Positions 31,143 through 33,654 of a DNA stretch of 33,654 bases are shown piece by piece (positions within the stretch are counted from its first letter, which is position 1; each line of letters starts with the position of its first letter). The stretch is from Bdellovibrionales bacterium. GTDB lineage: Bacteria > Bdellovibrionota > Bdellovibrionia > Bdellovibrionales > UBA1609. The notes beneath the pieces are model-generated. The model made no database searches, was not told the origin of the DNA, and saw nothing but the letters and a program-made list of their open reading frames with translations. Location: contig JAGRAG010000091.1 in assembly GCA_020435025.1 (NCBI GenBank), positions 1-33,654 of the forward strand. Reading direction: 5' to 3'. The translations under genes and the position numbers were made by a program.

Positions 31143-31970
31143 TTAGGTTTGAGTTTCTGTTGATACAGAAAGATTCTCTGGATTTGGTTCCTTATACTTA
31201 ACAAACGGAATCAGTAACAACCAATGAAGGTGCGAGTATTGAGGTTCCCGAAATGACGTAATACCTAGTTGCATTTTAGTGAGTGTCTCTGTTGGCAAAA
31301 ATTTATAGGTCTTAAAAAAATAGTCCCACCAAGGCAAATTAAAGCCAAAATTAGTATTCAGCTCCTTCCAATCCGTTGAATGGTGTACTTTATGCATTTC
31401 AGGAGTGACCAAAAACTTTCGAAGCCACTTATCAAATCTTTTAGGTAGAAGAAAATTCCCGTGATTGAACATTGCTGTCGCATTCAATAATACTTCAAAT
31501 ATAACAACAGCAACAGGATTGGCTCCAATCAAAGCCACAATTCCGATCTTGATAAGTGCGGACAAAAAGATTTCAATTGGGTGAAATCGAGCCCCGCTGG
31601 TCACATCCAAATCTAGATCCTGATGATGCATTTTATGAAGAGACCAAAGTAAAGGAATGGAGTGAAAAAACCGGTGTTGCCAATAAATGGCAAAATCTAA
31701 AATTAAAACTGTTAATAAAACATTGATCCAAAAGGGAAGGGACAGCCAATGAAAAAGCCCCCACTGGTTTTCTTGTACAAAAAAGGCCGCACTGACGGCA
31801 GTCACAGGCAATAAAAGTCGAACAGTGAGCTGTCCCAAACCAATAATTCCGAAGTTACTATACCAGCGGTGCCAACGAGGAAGAGCTCGTTTTCGGTGAG
31901 GACGAATCACTTCTAACAGTGCGACGAAAACAAAAACACTTAAAAAAACACCAACTCGGACTTTATCCAC
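31143..31970 (-). CDS. Fatty acid hydroxylase superfamily membrane enzyme ('sterol desaturase family')
   Basis: His boxes HRFFH, HKMHH(QD) and HKVHH sit among 4-5 TM helices. The GTG start at 31970 has a GAGGTGG SD upstream. It is convergent with the ligase gene with only 11 nt between the stops. Confidence 0.85.
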   Translation of the reverse strand: MDKVRVGVFLSVFVFVALLEVIRPHRKRALPRWHRWYSNFGIIGLGQLTVRLLLPVTAVSAAFFVQENQWGLFHWLSLPFWINVLLTVLILDFAIYWQHRFFHSIPLLWSLHKMHHQDLDLDVTSGARFHPIEIFLSALIKIGIVALIGANPVAVVIFEVLLNATAMFNHGNFLLPKRFDKWLRKFLVTPEMHKVHHSTDWKELNTNFGFNLPWWDYFFKTYKFLPTETLTKMQLGITSFREPQYSHLHWLLLIPFVKYKEPNPENLSVSTETQT

Positions 31971-32067
31971 AATACCACCTCATGTGGATTTATTATTATT
32001 AAATTTCTTCAAGATTGCAATAAACACAATGCAACGGAAGGAAGATGCCCTTTCTCTGCGAGACAAA

Positions 32068-33435
32068 TTAGCTCGCTTGTTTTTGATCTACTTGGCCTAC
32101 AAGCGGAAATTTGAGAGTGATTCTCGAGTCATTGTGAGCCCGATCAATATATATATTGCCACCATGCTCCGCCATGATTCCCGCGGCAATAGAAAGTCCT
32201 AAGCCGGTTCCTTTGCCAACTGGTTTGGTGGTAAAAAACGGATTAAATACTTTTTCCTCGATTTCAATTGGGATTCCTAAGCCACTGTCAATAACACTGA
32301 TACAAATAAAGCCAGACTCATCTTTGTCTACCTCGATCGCAATAAATTTTTCTGGACAAGATTCAATGGCGTCAAGTGCATTGGAGACCAAATTAACAAT
32401 AATTTGATAAACCTGAACGTACCTACCCCAAAAAGGAGTCTGATCAAATTCACTGATGATCTCAAAACGAATTTGATTGAAGTTAAATTTTTCTTTAAAA
32501 ATTTCTGTGACATCTTCGAAGATTTTTTCTAGTCGAACCACTTCCATGGGATCACTCTCTCCATCTCTACTGTAGTTTTTTAGTCCGCTGATGATCTTGG
32601 TAATTCTTAGAGCTGTGCGATCAATTTTATCGCACATTTCGCCAATCATTACCTTATCGTGACACGACTGGGCTAGTTCTCTCTTAATTCGCTGATTGGC
32701 TCCCAATATTATGGCAAGGGGATTGTTGATTTCATGTGCGATCCCCCCGGCCAATTCTCCTAACTCCGTCATTCGTGAAGTTTTATAAAGAGTTTCTTGT
32801 TGTCGCAAAATTATATCTCTTGAATTGGCCAGCTCCTTTTCAGAATGTTTGATCGTGTAAAGAAAGTAGGTAACTAAAATAGTTGCAAAAAAAGCCGCAT
32901 ACTGTTGGTCCACAATAAGAAGTTTTAACCAGGACTGTTCATCCCATGTTGGAAGAATCTGAATTCCTCTTTCTAGGAAATTTAGTGAAAGATACAAATT
33001 TCCTAAAGACAAATAGGCTGCAACGACTAGACCCCACTTAATTTCACAAAGAAATAGCGACAGCATAATGTATACGGGGATCCATGAAACCAAACCAGAA
33101 AATGCCACGCCATGGGCTCTGATTCCTAAAAGAAGGGCCGTTGACAGTACAAACGAAGAGGGAACTGTAATGGTCATCAATGACCAATTTAGAAACTTCA
33201 TTGTTGTGACACAAAAAACACAAACGCCTAGAATAAGGTAGACAGAAAGTTTAAATTCTTCAGGCAAGACATCATTTACAAATAAGACAGAAGAAGTTAA
33301 GAAAAATCCGAAGATAGCCATTCCTATAATGACTCGCGCCCTTTGTCGATCGCTGTATCGTGAATGTGCACGTAGCTCATCTGGCAAAAACCAGTCTAAA
33401 ATAGCAATAAGCTGATTCAGTACTTCTTGTGGCAT
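32068..33435 (-). CDS. Sensor histidine kinase with a polytopic (about 6-7 TM) N-terminal sensor region; no cognate response regulator in the window
   Basis: H-box LGELAGGIAHEINNPL, N-box VNLVSNALDA, and G-boxes DSGLGI and GKGTGLGLSI. The N-terminal ~190 aa are strongly hydrophobic. Confidence 0.85.
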   Translation of the reverse strand: MPQEVLNQLIAILDWFLPDELRAHSRYSDRQRARVIIGMAIFGFFLTSSVLFVNDVLPEEFKLSVYLILGVCVFCVTTMKFLNWSLMTITVPSSFVLSTALLLGIRAHGVAFSGLVSWIPVYIMLSLFLCEIKWGLVVAAYLSLGNLYLSLNFLERGIQILPTWDEQSWLKLLIVDQQYAAFFATILVTYFLYTIKHSEKELANSRDIILRQQETLYKTSRMTELGELAGGIAHEINNPLAIILGANQRIKRELAQSCHDKVMIGEMCDKIDRTALRITKIISGLKNYSRDGESDPMEVVRLEKIFEDVTEIFKEKFNFNQIRFEIISEFDQTPFWGRYVQVYQIIVNLVSNALDAIESCPEKFIAIEVDKDESGFICISVIDSGLGIPIEIEEKVFNPFFTTKPVGKGTGLGLSIAAGIMAEHGGNIYIDRAHNDSRITLKFPLVGQVDQKQAS

Positions 33436-33494
33436 TCTATCAATTTATCAATACTTTTATTCTAGATCTAATTAAAATACTTTAAGATTTTCGC

Positions 33495-33654
33495 TTCAAG
33501 CTGAGACGTTATTTATAAAACTCCTTCCCTTGCCTACTTCATGCTCAAACAGTCCTCGCCAAGCGGGGCGGCCATAAATGTCCGCACCGCAGCTGCGGAA
33601 CTGCGCGTGAAGTAGGCAAGGGAAGGAGTTTTATAAATAACGTCTCAGCTTGAA
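33495..33654. repeat. 47-bp perfect inverted repeat flanking a 66-nt GC-rich core (MITE-like / long hairpin element), ending at the window end
   Basis: The left arm 33495-33541 (ttcaagctgagacgttatttataaaactccttcccttgcctacttca) is the exact reverse complement of the right arm 33608-33654. The core 33542-33607 has 43/66 G+C by my count and contains the 12-nt palindrome ccgcagctgcgg (33587-33598). Confidence 0.9.

Noticed and set aside
33495-33654. Interpreting the terminal inverted repeat as a rho-independent terminator for the histidine kinase region, or as a hairpin telomere or attC site.
   Set aside because: The kinase is transcribed away from it (its start is at 33435). The stem is 47 bp with a 66-nt loop and no T-tract, unlike a terminator. 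It is not a loop-free perfect palindrome as in telomere-resolution sites. I could not find attC-like R'/R'' core sites (GTTRRRY).
1-33654. Scan for CRISPR arrays, tRNA/rRNA genes, IS transposases, integrases or phage genes that would mark an island.
   Set aside because: I saw no regularly spaced direct repeats, cloverleaf-like GC-rich segments, or DDE/tyrosine-recombinase motifs in any long ORF. The only repeat-like element is the terminal inverted repeat, reported separately.

Overview
Moderately AT-rich, densely coding bacterial chromosomal window with about 29 credible protein genes. Most short nested or antisense ORFs in the track look like frame shadows. I saw no rRNA, tRNA, CRISPR array, transposase or integrase.

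Left to right:
(1) A truncated cupin/AraC-like gene that runs off the window start.
(2) A divergent trio of GspG-type pseudopilin genes. One is an 844-aa pseudopilin fused to Calx-beta-like, FN3-like and unrecognised C-terminal domains.
(3) A lipoprotein, a Cys-rich secreted protein and a large polytopic GT-C-like membrane protein.
(4) A GlpT/UhpC-family organophosphate:Pi antiporter.
(5) A roughly 9.6-kb co-directional, largely translationally coupled operon. In order it encodes a small OM beta-barrel, an NfrB-type family-2 glycosyltransferase synthase, a UDP-GlcNAc 2-epimerase (WecB), a TIM-barrel hydrolase-like protein, two paralogous secreted unknowns, a second degenerate hydrolase-like protein, and a DUF2334-type deacetylase-like fusion.
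(6) A radical-SAM enzyme with an N-terminal Cys cluster.
(7) A FecR-domain/beta-barrel fusion and a secreted unknown.
(8) A tightly coupled five-gene unit: an AspH-like 2OG oxygenase, a 77-aa protein and three tandem PIN-like paralogs.
(9) A PP-loop amidotransferase-like gene, a thioester-reductase SDR and an acyl-CoA ligase, convergent with a fatty-acid hydroxylase-family membrane enzyme.
(10) An orphan polytopic sensor histidine kinase.
(11) A 47-bp perfect inverted repeat around a GC-rich 66-nt core, ending exactly at the window end.

My best candidate for an undescribed system is item (5). It looks like an Nfr-like, synthase-dependent exopolysaccharide machine, presumably ManNAc-based, with an accessory set unlike that of the E. 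coli Nfr system. The AspH/PIN array and the giant pseudopilin are second-tier candidates.

All family calls come from motif recognition by eye, with no searches run. Taxonomy cannot be established from this window; the gene content is loosely reminiscent of Bdellovibrio-like or Oligoflexia-type organisms (low confidence).
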